A DNA stretch of 64,000 bases from Spirochaetota bacterium (GTDB lineage Bacteria > Spirochaetota > UBA4802 > UBA5550): contig CAXXHB010000001.1 in NCBI GenBank assembly GCA_963664815.2, positions 1 to 64,000 on the forward strand. Direction: 5' to 3'. Below are positions 28,841 to 38,890 of the stretch, piece after piece. The notes below the pieces were generated by a model. It made no database searches. It was given only the letters and a program-made list of their open reading frames with translations, and was not told the origin of the DNA. Position 1 is the first letter of the stretch; the number at the start of each line of letters is the position of its first letter. Made by a program: the position numbers and the translations under genes.

Positions 28841-29896
28841 ATGATGGCTGTATTCACCATTAATGAACGTAATACATTAAGTATGGCTATGCATTTGTTT
28901 GCTATCTGGTTCAATATTAACTTGCTGAACCCTGTAAGACAAGAATGTGGCCATATATCAGATGAAATTAATAATGCATCTTCAAAAATCGATGAGGCAA
29001 AAAAACATTTGGACAGTTTTTCTCAAAGTTCTGGTGACATTGATTTGGGCAGTGAGTATTTACCTGTTTATAAAAAAGCCATCATCATCGGCAGGCAACA
29101 TACTGCCAGATCCATTGAATCACGCGGGAAACATGTCCATCATGGAGGTATCAAAAACTCACTTCATAATGAACTTGATCCTTACAATAATTTAACTGAG
29201 AAAGAATGGTTTCTGAAAACTGATTCTATGGTGGTCCCACGACTGACTAATTTCCTTTCCCTTCAGCAATCAGAGATTCTGTTGATACAATCTGATCAAT
29301 CATTTAATTCGACAACAAGAATTTATGATGAAAAATTCCATATTCTTCAAGCACCTGATCTTTTTCTGAAGGATTTAAATTACTTTCGAAAGCAATGCGA
29401 TTTGCGAGGCAGCTCTGTAGCTGCAGCATTTATTGATATTGATGATTTCAAAAAAAAATTTAATTCACTACATGGCAATGAGCGAATCGATAGGGATGTA
29501 TTGCCACTTTTCATGGAGACAATTGAATCACATGTTTTTGGCCGAGGTTATGCTTACCGTCAAGGCGGAGATGAATATCTTATACTTTTGCCGAGCATTA
29601 ATCTTAATGATGCAATAAAAACTTTTGATGATTTAAGGCAAAAATTAGCCAATTTAGAGTATCCCAATATTCGTGAGCGCACGACTGTATCCATCGGACT
29701 TTGTTTTGTGAACCAGGAATGTTTTCTAACAGACAGCGAGGTCCGCGAAAAGGCGAATGATGCTAGTAAATATGCTAAAGAACATAATGGTAAACAAATG
29801 AAAAATTGTATTGCAACATATAACGGGAGCAGATACAGGCAAGAGGATCTATATGTGGCTGCACCCGTGGATCCGGTGAAAACTGCTACTGATTAA
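28841..29896 (+). CDS. GGDEF-domain protein with an unassigned N-terminal region
   Basis: AFIDIDDFKK, YRQGGDEY, TVSIG. Confidence 0.8.
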   Translation: MMAVFTINERNTLSMAMHLFAIWFNINLLNPVRQECGHISDEINNASSKIDEAKKHLDSFSQSSGDIDLGSEYLPVYKKAIIIGRQHTARSIESRGKHVHHGGIKNSLHNELDPYNNLTEKEWFLKTDSMVVPRLTNFLSLQQSEILLIQSDQSFNSTTRIYDEKFHILQAPDLFLKDLNYFRKQCDLRGSSVAAAFIDIDDFKKKFNSLHGNERIDRDVLPLFMETIESHVFGRGYAYRQGGDEYLILLPSINLNDAIKTFDDLRQKLANLEYPNIRERTTVSIGLCFVNQECFLTDSEVREKANDASKYAKEHNGKQMKNCIATYNGSRYRQEDLYVAAPVDPVKTATD

Positions 29897-30058
29897 TAAA
29901 TGCTTTTTACTTCATGTTTCTCCCATGTGGAATGTTTAGTTCAGAATCATTGGCAGCTATGAACCAGAATATACAAGAAAAAAGATATAAATCATACATT
30001 TTAATACCTGGCTAATCAAAAGGTGGCTGGAATGTATAAAATATTACTATATCATATT

Positions 30059-30352
30059 TTATGACTGAATTGATTTAATAATACAAACAACCCAGTTTGA
30101 GAGCAGCTGCAGCAGAAATCCAAAGGTCAAAAAAGCTAGACCAATTTTCATTTTGTAATACTTTTGTTTTTCATATTCAGCATATTTTGGGTTTTCTGTT
30201 ACCGGGGGAACACCGGGTATATGTGCTAATGGAAGAGAATGAAACTTACTGCCATGAAACTGTTTAACAACCTCCCATGCAACAAGCCAGGCACCTATGA
30301 CATCACAGATAAGGCCTGCGGAGTTTATGATTTTATCAAGATGTGATATCAT
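30059..30352 (-). CDS. small two-TM membrane protein
   Basis: Two hydrophobic helices. Confidence 0.6.
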   Translation of the reverse strand: MISHLDKIINSAGLICDVIGAWLVAWEVVKQFHGSKFHSLPLAHIPGVPPVTENPKYAEYEKQKYYKMKIGLAFLTFGFLLQLLSNWVVCIIKSIQS

Positions 30353-30498
30353 TAAACACTTCCATTATCCATTCAATTGCACTCTTGCCATTGACTACAT
30401 ATTCATAAGCTTTAGCCGGAATGTTTTCAATTGTTCTTTTACTGTTATACGCCTTTTGATAGTATCTGCTCTTTTGGTGATTTTTAATGTCATTATTT

Positions 30499-30774
30499 TT
30501 ATTTAAAACTTACTTCCAGTTTTTTACCAAGAACCTCTGCCACCTTTTCAAGAGTTGAGAGCCTTACGCTTTCCGCATGGTTTTCGAGCCGGGATACCGC
30601 GCTTTTTGTTGTCTTCAGTTTTTTTGCCAGCTCCTCCTGGGTTATACCTTTACTGGTCCTTAATTCCTTTATGCGTGCGCCTATCATCATGTTGTTATAT
30701 TCTTCCATGATGCCTTTTTTAAAACCTGGTGTTTTCTTTTCGCGTTTTGCGATGTATTTTTCAAGGTCACTCAT
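30499..30774 (-). CDS. XRE-family HTH protein (HigA-like antitoxin), no toxin upstream
   Basis: MSDLEKYI...GITQEELAKKLKTTKSAVSRLEN; AGGAGG RBS. Confidence 0.85.
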   Translation of the reverse strand: MSDLEKYIAKREKKTPGFKKGIMEEYNNMMIGARIKELRTSKGITQEELAKKLKTTKSAVSRLENHAESVRLSTLEKVAEVLGKKLEVSFK

Positions 30775-30917
30775 CGGCTGTTCCTCCTTTCTATAACTAT
30801 ATAAATGCAAACCCGCTTAACAGGGGGCCGGCTGTCGGGGGTCTGGACGGTTTTGGGCTTTACAGACGAGATGGAAAGAAAGATACAAATGCAGCAAAAG
30901 AGAGAGGCTCACCTGCC

Positions 30918-31073
30918 AAAACGGTGCTTCAGCAGTATGAAGACCCTGTTAAAAACCGTTTCAATACCGTTTCAATTCCGTTTACGACAGAGAAAAACGT
31001 GCGTTTATAGCTGTCAACAGCGTGTTTGAGGCGAAACTAAAGTGAAATTAAAGCGAAGTTGACTTTTCTGTAA
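30918..31073 (+). repeat. ~150-bp dispersed repeat, copy 1
   Basis: Matches the reverse complement of 59281-59427; contains tandem 11-mers CCGTTTCAATW. Confidence 0.8.
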
Positions 31074-31779
31074 AGAGAGTCTGGCTTTTATCATAAATCC
31101 GCCGTGGTATTGATCATAAAACTGTTGATGCACAGCGTTGAGTACGCGGGAGTACGATACCTCTATCCGCAGGAAATCCCGATAATCCTTAAATCCTGTA
31201 ATCGTGTTCAGAATTATTTATATAACAGGTTTAAGTACGGAACTGGTTTCTTTGCTGCGATCCCACTAGTTGAAAAAGGAAAGCAGTTGTCCACCTTAAG
31301 CTCAGTAAGTTTTTCTTTACCGTCAGCTACGCAATGACCGTGTTATGCTCTGTAAAAGCTAAATTAATGTTTCTTGACTTATGCAATAATATCTGCAGTA
31401 TAAGTATAATATTTAACTCATCCAGCTTCAAGGCACGGGGAGCGAATGCGTACTCTCGGACAGCACCTTCAATTTCCCGCAGATTCAGGGTAAGTCAAGG
31501 TAGAGTGAGAGAAAAAAACAAGTCGCTATTTCTAGCGACGCAGGAAATGGGGAGTAAAAAACTCGTTCCAAAATAAACATACATGGTATGCAAGGAGGAT
31601 ATATCATGAAAAAGACTATTAATTTATAGGTTAAACTTTATCAGGGAAGTTACAATTATTTATAAACCAGGGAATCCATTTCTATTAAACTATCCGGCAG
31701 GGCCGGCATTTCTTTACCAGTATTATTTGTCTGTTTCATCAATTAAGAGCCATAGTTTATTTTTTAAAAGAATTCTGAA

Positions 31780-31812
31780 CAGACAACCCCGGCAATTTAC
31801 CGGGGTTGTCTG
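31780..31812. terminator. hairpin terminator downstream of tatA
   Basis: CAGACAACCCCGG-caattta-CCGGGGTTGTCTG. Confidence 0.7.
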
Positions 31813-31862
31813 CAGTTAAAATTAAATTCGAAAGTATTTTAAGAAGGCTTCTTTTTTCTCTC

Positions 31863-32042
31863 TTATTTTTTCTTTTTCTCGTCAGCCTTTTCTTCTTCTT
31901 CAAGTTCGCCACTCATGGCTTTTTTAAACTGATTTATTCCTTTTCCCAGGTCTTTTGCTATAGAAGGGACCTTTCCAGCTCCAAAAAGTACAAGTACAAT
32001 TAAAAAAATAACAACAAGTTCCCCCATGCCGGGCATGCTCAT
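31863..32042 (-). CDS. tatA: twin-arginine translocase TatA/TatE subunit (59 aa, absent from the ORF track)
   Basis: [42 protein letters not shown]; GGAGG RBS. Confidence 0.92.
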   Translation of the reverse strand: MSMPGMGELVVIFLIVLVLFGAGKVPSIAKDLGKGINQFKKAMSGELEEEEKADEKKKK

Positions 32043-32573
32043 ATAAAAACCTCCATATATTTTTAATTATGTTATATTTTTCAAAAGGTGGTTACAAATA
32101 ATTTACTGTCAATCACTCAATTGTTTTTATCGCTATTTAATCAATATTAATTCATTAACATTGATTTTAGTGCAAAATAAAGGCTTATATCTCCCCTCCA
32201 CCGCATCTTTTAACGCATGCGCTGTTCGTTCCGTTACATTCTCCGGATGTTTTTGTCGGAGTATCAATCAACTCTGCACAGCTTCTCTCTGAACTATGGC
32301 CCGGTGAGCATAAATGTATGGCATACACAGCATCCCATACATTTCTTGAGTATTACCATCTGCCGTATGATCGTCTGCCGGTTCCGACAAGGTATGTTAA
32401 TGATCTTAATTAATCGAAGTTAAAATCCGGGTGAATATTATTTCCCCCGGTTTCCGGTTTCATACACAGGAACGCAGAAAAGTTTACGGAGGTATTGCTT
32501 ATAAACAGAACTGTTGTTATATTAATCACTGAATCCATAAAAAGTAAATTCAGCATGCAATAAAGCGGGGCAT

Positions 32574-33197
32574 ATGAGAACAGCAGGAAAAGCCGGAATT
32601 TTAAATTTTTTTCTTTGTATAACATCTTTTATCTTAATAATATCTTTTATTTCAATAACATCTTTTATCTCAATAACAGTGGCATTCTCCAGTGAGACTG
32701 TCTTTACACCGGTTACCATGGATGAGCTGATACGCAGTTCGGATTTTATTGCCATAGTGGAAAACCCCCCTGTGGAGACCTCCACGGAAAATATATTCAC
32801 AGGCCTGTTTAACCCTTCATTTAAAAAAGTCACAAATCACTTCAGGGTAGTGGAGGTTCTCTACAGAAAACCTGACCTGGATGTTGACACGAAAAATATA
32901 ATCAGAGTAGTGATGCCGCACTATCTCTCAAAGCTCTCCGCCCATAAATCCTACTACAAGGAAAGAATAAGCGGGTCTTATATCTATGACCGCTATCCGA
33001 ATCATGATAATTATGATATAAAAGAGAAAAGTTTAATCCTCTACGCAAAACAGCATTTTGCCGCTAAAAGATTTTCTGAAGATGAAATTGTACCTGTCAA
33101 AGGCGTTCTGGAGTGGACCATGGAAAACTCCTATGACCTCCTTCCGGACAGGGATAAGATTTTGCAGATTCTTAAATTCCAGGGGAAGATTAAGTAA
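32574..33197 (+). CDS. hypothetical exported protein
   Basis: Hydrophobic N-terminus extended by ~3 x 18-bp repeats. Confidence 0.6.
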   Translation: MRTAGKAGILNFFLCITSFILIISFISITSFISITVAFSSETVFTPVTMDELIRSSDFIAIVENPPVETSTENIFTGLFNPSFKKVTNHFRVVEVLYRKPDLDVDTKNIIRVVMPHYLSKLSAHKSYYKERISGSYIYDRYPNHDNYDIKEKSLILYAKQHFAAKRFSEDEIVPVKGVLEWTMENSYDLLPDRDKILQILKFQGKIK

Positions 33198-33242
33198 ACT
33201 ATAAGGCTTTATATGGTTTCCAGGATTTTATAATAAAAAGAG

Positions 33243-33270
33243 TTGACCATGTAACTATTTTTGATTACAT
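33243..33270 (+). promoter_or_regulatory. -35 box with adjacent operator palindrome
   Basis: TTGACC then ATGTAA-10-TTACAT. Confidence 0.55.
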
Positions 33271-33278
33271 TGCCGGAG

Positions 33279-33542
33279 ATGTTTAATGTAAGAATAAATA
33301 AAAAATCCCAGAAGAACATTGAAAAAATGCCTGCAGAGATAAAGGATGTTATGGCATTTTTAATTGAAGACTTAACTAATAAAGGACCAATGTTAAAAGA
33401 CTGGGCTAATTTCAGCAGGCTGGAAGATAATAAATATCACTGCCATCTATCTTATAAATGGGTAGCGTGCTGGAAAAATGAAAAGAATTCTATAACAATA
33501 GAGGTGTATTATGCAGGTTCACGTGAAAACGCCCCATATTAA
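33279..33542 (+). CDS. RelE/HigB-like toxin
   Basis: Small basic protein YHCHLSYKWVACW...IEVYYAGSRENAPY overlapping an HTH gene. Confidence 0.7.
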   Translation: MFNVRINKKSQKNIEKMPAEIKDVMAFLIEDLTNKGPMLKDWANFSRLEDNKYHCHLSYKWVACWKNEKNSITIEVYYAGSRENAPY

Positions 33543-33873
33543 AATTGATATTGAAGGGGAAATCCCGGAATCAATACTGGCAATCGTTAAAAAAGAATAT
33601 GGAACAAAAGTAAAAATAGAAAATGACGACGAATATATTTCAGCTGTCGAAACTGAATGGTATAAAAAAACAATGGAAGATATGACCCCGGCACGCGCTA
33701 TGAAGGCATATAGATTATCCAGAGGGATGACTCAGATAGAATTAGGGAATAAATTGGGAGGTATACCCCGACAGCATATTTCAAATATGGAAAAAGGTAT
33801 CAGAAAAATAAATATTGAACTGGCAAAAAAACTGGCTGAGCTTTTCAAAGTTTCTGTAGAAAAATTTATTTAA
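33511..33873 (+). CDS. XRE HTH antitoxin (HigA-like)
   Basis: GMTQIELGNKLGGIPRQHISNMEKG. Confidence 0.8.
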   Translation: MQVHVKTPHIKIDIEGEIPESILAIVKKEYGTKVKIENDDEYISAVETEWYKKTMEDMTPARAMKAYRLSRGMTQIELGNKLGGIPRQHISNMEKGIRKINIELAKKLAELFKVSVEKFI

Positions 33874-33948
33874 CCTTATTTACTTGACATGATTTTATAA
33901 TATACTGAGATCTTTACATACAACTGACAAAAAAGGTTTATTAAAAGT

Positions 33949-35202
33949 ATGGCTGCCAGATATAAAAAAGATATTCAATACGCCAAATTCAGCGCATATG
34001 GATTCCTCAAAAACCTTAAGCTCTTTGAGCCGTTTCTGGTTTTATTCCTCCTTGAAAAGAATATGAGCTTTACCCTTATCGGCACGCTTTACGCCTACCG
34101 CGAAATCATGACCAACCTGCTGGAGGTTCCAACCGGAGTTATTGCCGATGCCCTCGGCAGAAGGCGTACAATGGTGCAGTCTTTTCTGTCATATATAATC
34201 TCTTTTATAATATTCTACTATGCTTCCTCCTTCTGGGTTTTAATGCTCGGCATGACGCTGTTTGCCTTCGGCGAAGCGTTCAGGGGGGGGACACACAAGG
34301 CAATGATATTCGAATACCTGAGGATGAACGGCTGGGAGGATCAGAAGGTCGATTACTACGGGCATACCCGTTCATGGTCGCAGAAGGGATCGGCCCTTTC
34401 AGCGCTTATTGCTGCGGGGATTGTTTTTGTAAGCGGCCGTTACGATGTTATCTTCCTGGTCTCAATTCTGCCATATATCGTAAACCTGCTGCTTATGCTT
34501 TCCTATCCGCAGGAACTCGACGGGGAACTGAACAAAAGCGGATCTGTTAAAGAGAGTTTTGTAACCGTCTGGAAAAGTCTGGTTATTACATTTAAAGGCC
34601 ACGGAGCTCTCCGGGCAACAACCAACGTCTGCATCTATGACGGATTCTACAATGCCGTGAAGGATTTTCTGCAGCCTGTAGTCAAGACTATGGCCGTAGC
34701 AATGCCGCTTCTGGCCTTCCTGCAGGAGAAACAGCGCTCCGCTGTTCTGGTCGGTATTGTATATTTCTTCATCTATCTGATGACCTCGCGTGCAAGCAGC
34801 CGCTCCGGCGACTTTGCCTCGCACTTTAAGATAATCACCAGGCCCCTGAACATTACAATGCTCTCCGGTTTCGGCCTGGGCATATTCTGCGGCCTCAGCT
34901 ATCTTTTACACTTTAACATGGCGGCGATACTGTTTTTCACCGGTATATTCATTATTCAGAACCTGCGATCCCCCATGAGCGTAAGCTATGTCAGCGACAC
35001 AGTCCCATATGAAATCCTGGCTACGTCTCTTTCAGTCCGCTCCCTTGTGACTGCCTTTTACACTGCAGTCATGGCCTTTGTAATCGGGGTTATTGCCGAC
35101 CATTTCGGCCTTGGACAGGCGCTGATTATTCTCGCCGCGGCCCTTATTCTACTGACGCCACTTTACCTGGTCAGGCCAGCGGAAAACACGGCATTAAATT
35201 AA
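33949..35202 (+). CDS. MFS transporter
   Basis: ~12 TM; EVPTGVIADALGRR motif A. Confidence 0.92.
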   Translation: MAARYKKDIQYAKFSAYGFLKNLKLFEPFLVLFLLEKNMSFTLIGTLYAYREIMTNLLEVPTGVIADALGRRRTMVQSFLSYIISFIIFYYASSFWVLMLGMTLFAFGEAFRGGTHKAMIFEYLRMNGWEDQKVDYYGHTRSWSQKGSALSALIAAGIVFVSGRYDVIFLVSILPYIVNLLLMLSYPQELDGELNKSGSVKESFVTVWKSLVITFKGHGALRATTNVCIYDGFYNAVKDFLQPVVKTMAVAMPLLAFLQEKQRSAVLVGIVYFFIYLMTSRASSRSGDFASHFKIITRPLNITMLSGFGLGIFCGLSYLLHFNMAAILFFTGIFIIQNLRSPMSVSYVSDTVPYEILATSLSVRSLVTAFYTAVMAFVIGVIADHFGLGQALIILAAALILLTPLYLVRPAENTALN

Positions 35203-35392
35203 AGCCGGTATAGTATACATTCAGCGACCGACCCCGCACCTGCTTCGACAGGCCCCGGCAACATTACACCACTGCCAGTATAGTATACCTTCAGCATCAG
35301 GAACCTAACAGCCCCCGCACCCCCGGAGGGGGCAAAGCAAAATCCTTGCCCCCTCCGGGGGTGCGGGGGCTGTTGAAGCAGGTGCGGAGGCT
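35203..35392 (-). repeat. GC palindrome with 57-bp-type units in reverse orientation
   Basis: Palindrome at ~35311-35370, preceded by CCAGTATAGTATACCTTCAGCATCAGGAACCTAACAGC. Confidence 0.85.
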
Positions 35393-35685
35393 GCCTGCAG
35401 AATCATTAAAGAAAGTAAGTCTGAGAAGCAGAAAGTTATTAATCTATATATATAATTCCAATTCTGGCTCTCATACTTGGAACAATCTTTGTAATCAGGT
35501 ACTTTATATCAAGTACAGACCCCGATGATGATATAAAAAATAATAATTCAAATCGAATGTTGTCACGATACAAAAACAAAAAATGAACACTCATCCGGAT
35601 ATCAGAATGCATGGAAGCTTGTTGTTATAAGCATAGCCAGGTTTGGTATAAGGTTTGCGGCTGACTTGAGTTTTGCCGATATTTT

Positions 35686-36000
35686 TCACTTTTTTTTACA
35701 TCCCTGCCCGGAGCTTCCATATACCACCGGCAAAGTCTCAAACAATTCTGAACACCGCACGCATACCCTGTACCTCCTTGCGCTGTATTCATAATACCTG
35801 ATCATAACCGTATCCTCAATATTGAAGTAACTGCCGCACCGGTTGCACCTCCTTCTGTTTCCACCTCTCCGCACAGATAAATTACCTCTTTTCCTGTTTC
35901 TCTCCATAAACTTATAGCTCCGGTCTATTATCGGTTCGATTTCCGGATTTAACGGGGGGAAGACTATTCGCGGAAAATTAAAATCAGTTCTCTTTTTCAT
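35686..36000 (-). CDS. hypothetical basic zinc-finger protein
   Basis: CNRC and CVRC pairs. Confidence 0.5.
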   Translation of the reverse strand: MKKRTDFNFPRIVFPPLNPEIEPIIDRSYKFMERNRKRGNLSVRRGGNRRRCNRCGSYFNIEDTVMIRYYEYSARRYRVCVRCSELFETLPVVYGSSGQGCKKK

Positions 36001-36209
36001 AGTGAATCATCCGTAATGTTTAAAACTGCATATCATGAACCTACTGATATAACGATCTGATGTTTTGAGTCAATGCCCGGAAGTTATGATTTGAATGGAA
36101 AGTACGGATTGTTTCGTTTTTTTTTAAGTATAGACCTGTTTATAATAAAAAATGTAATATCTGCCTGCTGATAATAAATGAATAGATGTCTGACCGCATA
36201 TAAAAATAT

Positions 36210-36236
36210 TTGACAGGTAGTAATTATTTTACTACC
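36210..36236 (+). promoter_or_regulatory. -35 box with adjacent operator palindrome
   Basis: TTGACA then GGTAGTAA-5-TTACTACC. Confidence 0.55.
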
Positions 36237-36243
36237 ATGATTT

Positions 36244-36507
36244 ATGTTTACAGTAAAATTAAAAAAACAGGCTCAAAAGAGCATTGATAAGATGCCTGTG
36301 CAGATTGTGAAGCGTCTCTTTCAGCTCGTAGATGACCTTGAAAGAAGCGGATCTATACAATCAAGCTGGCCGAATTACAGCAGGTTAAGCGAAAATGAGT
36401 TTCATTGCCACTTATCTCATAAATGGGTTGCATGCTGGCGACATGAAAATAATTCAATTATAATCGAGGTATATTATGCAGGTTCACGTGAAAACGCCCC
36501 ATATTAA
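36244..36507 (+). CDS. RelE/HigB-like toxin, paralogue 2
   Basis: FHCHLSHKWVACW...IEVYYAGSRENAPY. Confidence 0.7.
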   Translation: MFTVKLKKQAQKSIDKMPVQIVKRLFQLVDDLERSGSIQSSWPNYSRLSENEFHCHLSHKWVACWRHENNSIIIEVYYAGSRENAPY

Positions 36508-36838
36508 AATAGATATTTCGGGGGATATCCCCGAATCAGTTATTGCCGTATTGAAAAAGGAATACGGTAAAAAACTGCTGCTTTCTGATGATGAAGAATA
36601 TGTTGATGCCAAAGATATGGAGTGGTACAAAAAGATTAAAGAGAAAATGACCCCCGGGGAGACTATGTCAATTTATAGAAAATTACATAAAATGACTCAG
36701 TCGCAACTTGGGGAAAAGCTGGGCGGCATCTCAAAACAGAATATTTCTCATATGGAAAAAGGGATACACCCGATAAGCAAAAAGATCGCCAAAGAGCTTG
36801 CCGCATTATTTCAGGTTTCTGTTGAGAAATTCATTTAA
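36476..36838 (+). CDS. XRE HTH antitoxin, paralogue 2
   Basis: MTQSQLGEKLGGISKQNISHMEKG. Confidence 0.8.
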   Translation: MQVHVKTPHIKIDISGDIPESVIAVLKKEYGKKLLLSDDEEYVDAKDMEWYKKIKEKMTPGETMSIYRKLHKMTQSQLGEKLGGISKQNISHMEKGIHPISKKIAKELAALFQVSVEKFI

Positions 36839-36859
36839 TTGTCTCTATCTTTAATCCGG

Positions 36860-37060
36860 TCAATCCTGAAAATTCTGATCCAGACGTTTTCTGCATTCCG
36901 CCAGATAGGTTTCTATTGAGCTTTGAGGGATATGGTATCTTCCGGTTGGAGAGGTTATTGCCCTGATCCAGCCGGCCTGTATGTATCTGCGGACTGTGAC
37001 CGGATCTACATTGATCATCCTGGCAGCCTGGGCCGGGGTGTAGAGTTGTTCAACCTTCAT
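36860..37060 (-). CDS. excisionase-like (HTH_17/MerR-type) DNA-binding protein
   Basis: LYTPAQAARMINVDPVTVRRYI..G.I.A..SPTGRYHIP. Confidence 0.8.
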   Translation of the reverse strand: MKVEQLYTPAQAARMINVDPVTVRRYIQAGWIRAITSPTGRYHIPQSSIETYLAECRKRLDQNFQD

Positions 37061-37152
37061 AATTTCTATATATCTTCATGTAAAAAGCCCTGTCAATTAA
37101 AATGCAGGTATATACTGTATGAAAATCTGGTACAGGCCTTTTAAACAGAATA

Positions 37153-37548
37153 TTATTTCATCCCGGGGATCTCTACCGGACTTTTCTCAAAGGATTTTGA
37201 CCCTGTTGTGCATTTATAGCCTGGAAGTATAAGGAGAAGGAAGAGAGAGGCTATAATGAGCAGTACAGAGATAAACAGAAGAACCTTTTTCCAGTTTAAA
37301 AAGATCTCCCTGAAGACAAAAACTGTTGTTTCGTCCACACTGCCGGGATCACCGCAGTTCTCCTCAAGGCCAGGTTCAGAGACTCCACCGGCTGAATTTC
37401 TCTGCCTGGACCCTGAAGGTAGGCGTTTGCCCAGAGAATATTTTATTAACCGGAACAGATCTTCTGCTCTCCCGCCTCCGGGAATGATACGCCCCGGAAG
37501 TGATAAAATTCCGGAAAAAGCAGTTTTGAGAATTTTAAATATAAGCAT
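37153..37548 (-). CDS. hypothetical membrane protein
   Basis: One C-terminal TM helix; GGAGG RBS. Confidence 0.55.
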   Translation of the reverse strand: MLIFKILKTAFSGILSLPGRIIPGGGRAEDLFRLIKYSLGKRLPSGSRQRNSAGGVSEPGLEENCGDPGSVDETTVFVFREIFLNWKKVLLFISVLLIIASLFLLLILPGYKCTTGSKSFEKSPVEIPGMK

Positions 37549-37575
37549 GGTAACCTCCCTGTTTTATTATGCTAT

Positions 37576-38250
37576 TTATTTTTTCCGGATGCGGAGATGT
37601 AGATGTTGCCTGTGCTGCCACATCCGGTATATTTCAGGATGATTCTTTTTATCACTGTATATCTCTAACGGATATTTATTCCATTCATTTGGTACAGGTC
37701 TCTTCATTCCCCCGGAACCGAAAAGTATCCTCCAGGGGGAATATAGATCAAGGATTTCTTCCCGCGCTACAAGACAGTCATACAGGATCTTTACCGGGGT
37801 TGGTTCCACCATGTTGTTATCAATATCACGGAAAAATGCATCTCCGGTACCGTCTTTGAATGCAATCGCTGTTACATCTATTGCATGGCCGCTGTCGTGG
37901 CCGGCGGATAATATGGCGGAACCCAGATTATAGTAAGTTGCCGAAACGGTTACACTTTTTATCAAGTGGATTTGTATCATCTCATAAAGCAGAAAGATCA
38001 TGACCGGATCAATACTTTTGGCATAGGTTTTTAATGACATTCCATATTTGGCTGCAGCGGCTTCTGCTGTTTTGTTGAGGATGAATTCGGAACCTGCAAA
38101 TATAAACCGGCTCCCTGAGATCATATCCGCAGAATTGATATATTCCTCTTTCAGGGATTCCAGGGAGATGTTTTTCAGCAGAGAGATACCGGGACCTGTC
38201 TCTGCTGCAGGTATCTGTTTTTTCTCATTCTTTTGATCCGTATTCTGCAT
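37576..38250 (-). CDS. M15/extensin-like zinc peptidase fold protein
   Basis: H-x6-D (GHDSGHAID) and H-x-H (QHLHL) LAS-type ligands. Confidence 0.6.
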   Translation of the reverse strand: MQNTDQKNEKKQIPAAETGPGISLLKNISLESLKEEYINSADMISGSRFIFAGSEFILNKTAEAAAAKYGMSLKTYAKSIDPVMIFLLYEMIQIHLIKSVTVSATYYNLGSAILSAGHDSGHAIDVTAIAFKDGTGDAFFRDIDNNMVEPTPVKILYDCLVAREEILDLYSPWRILFGSGGMKRPVPNEWNKYPLEIYSDKKNHPEIYRMWQHRQHLHLRIRKK

Positions 38251-38260
38251 AGTGCCCCCT

Positions 38261-38815
38261 TTATAAAATATCCTTTATTCCGGTAATACCGGTTTCGCGC
38301 AGCCTGTTAAAGAGTGACCTGCGGATAATGCTCTTTCTATACCTTGCGCGGCCCGATACGCTGTCAGATTCATTTAAATACTGATCAAGTACATTTTTAT
38401 ATTCCGGGATGGAATCAAGAATTATACGCATGACAATGCCGTTTTCTGGATCTTCCGGAAGGGGAGGGGGGAGAAAAAGATCCTGAGCCTCACTGTAGTC
38501 CCGCCTTATATTTTCAAGAAGAATGTTTTTTGCCGTTGAGTAAAGCCAGGGCCTTACGCTCTCCTCTTTCAGATTTTCTTTAATATCTTGATTAAAATCT
38601 TGATTAAAATCTTCTTTGAGTGAACTCATTCTGAGGAAAAGACGGAGGTAAACATCCTGCAGAATATCCTCCGCCGTTTCATGGTTACCTGTTTCAGAGA
38701 AGAGGAAGCCGAGAAGTTCCCTGCGGTATTTTTTATAGTTTTCTGTAAAGCGCTGATCCTTATTAATTATAATAATTGACCCCCTGTTTTCCCCCTTTAC
38801 CGCCCCCCGGAGCAA
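38261..38815 (-). CDS. ECF-type sigma factor, degenerate region 4
   Basis: AEDILQDVYLRL and RPWLYSTAKN region-2 motifs; start uncertain. Confidence 0.7.
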   Translation of the reverse strand: MLRGAVKGENRGSIIIINKDQRFTENYKKYRRELLGFLFSETGNHETAEDILQDVYLRLFLRMSSLKEDFNQDFNQDIKENLKEESVRPWLYSTAKNILLENIRRDYSEAQDLFLPPPLPEDPENGIVMRIILDSIPEYKNVLDQYLNESDSVSGRARYRKSIIRRSLFNRLRETGITGIKDIL

Positions 38816-38890
38816 CAGCCCCCTAAATCGGAAGAGGGCTTGAAGATACTGTTATTAAACTATTTGTGTTTTAATATATTTATCCCTGTA
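38813..38890 (+). repeat. degenerate IR plus DUF559 3'-end remnant
   Basis: CTTGAAGATACTGTTATTAAACTATTTGTGTT is identical to 5910-5941. Confidence 0.75.

Noticed and set aside
30955-30985. CRISPR repeat from the GTTTCAAT motif
   Set aside because: The period is 11 bp with no spacers
31080-31620. Short ORFs or structured RNA in this intergenic stretch
   Set aside because: No motifs, RBS or convincing structure could be identified by eye
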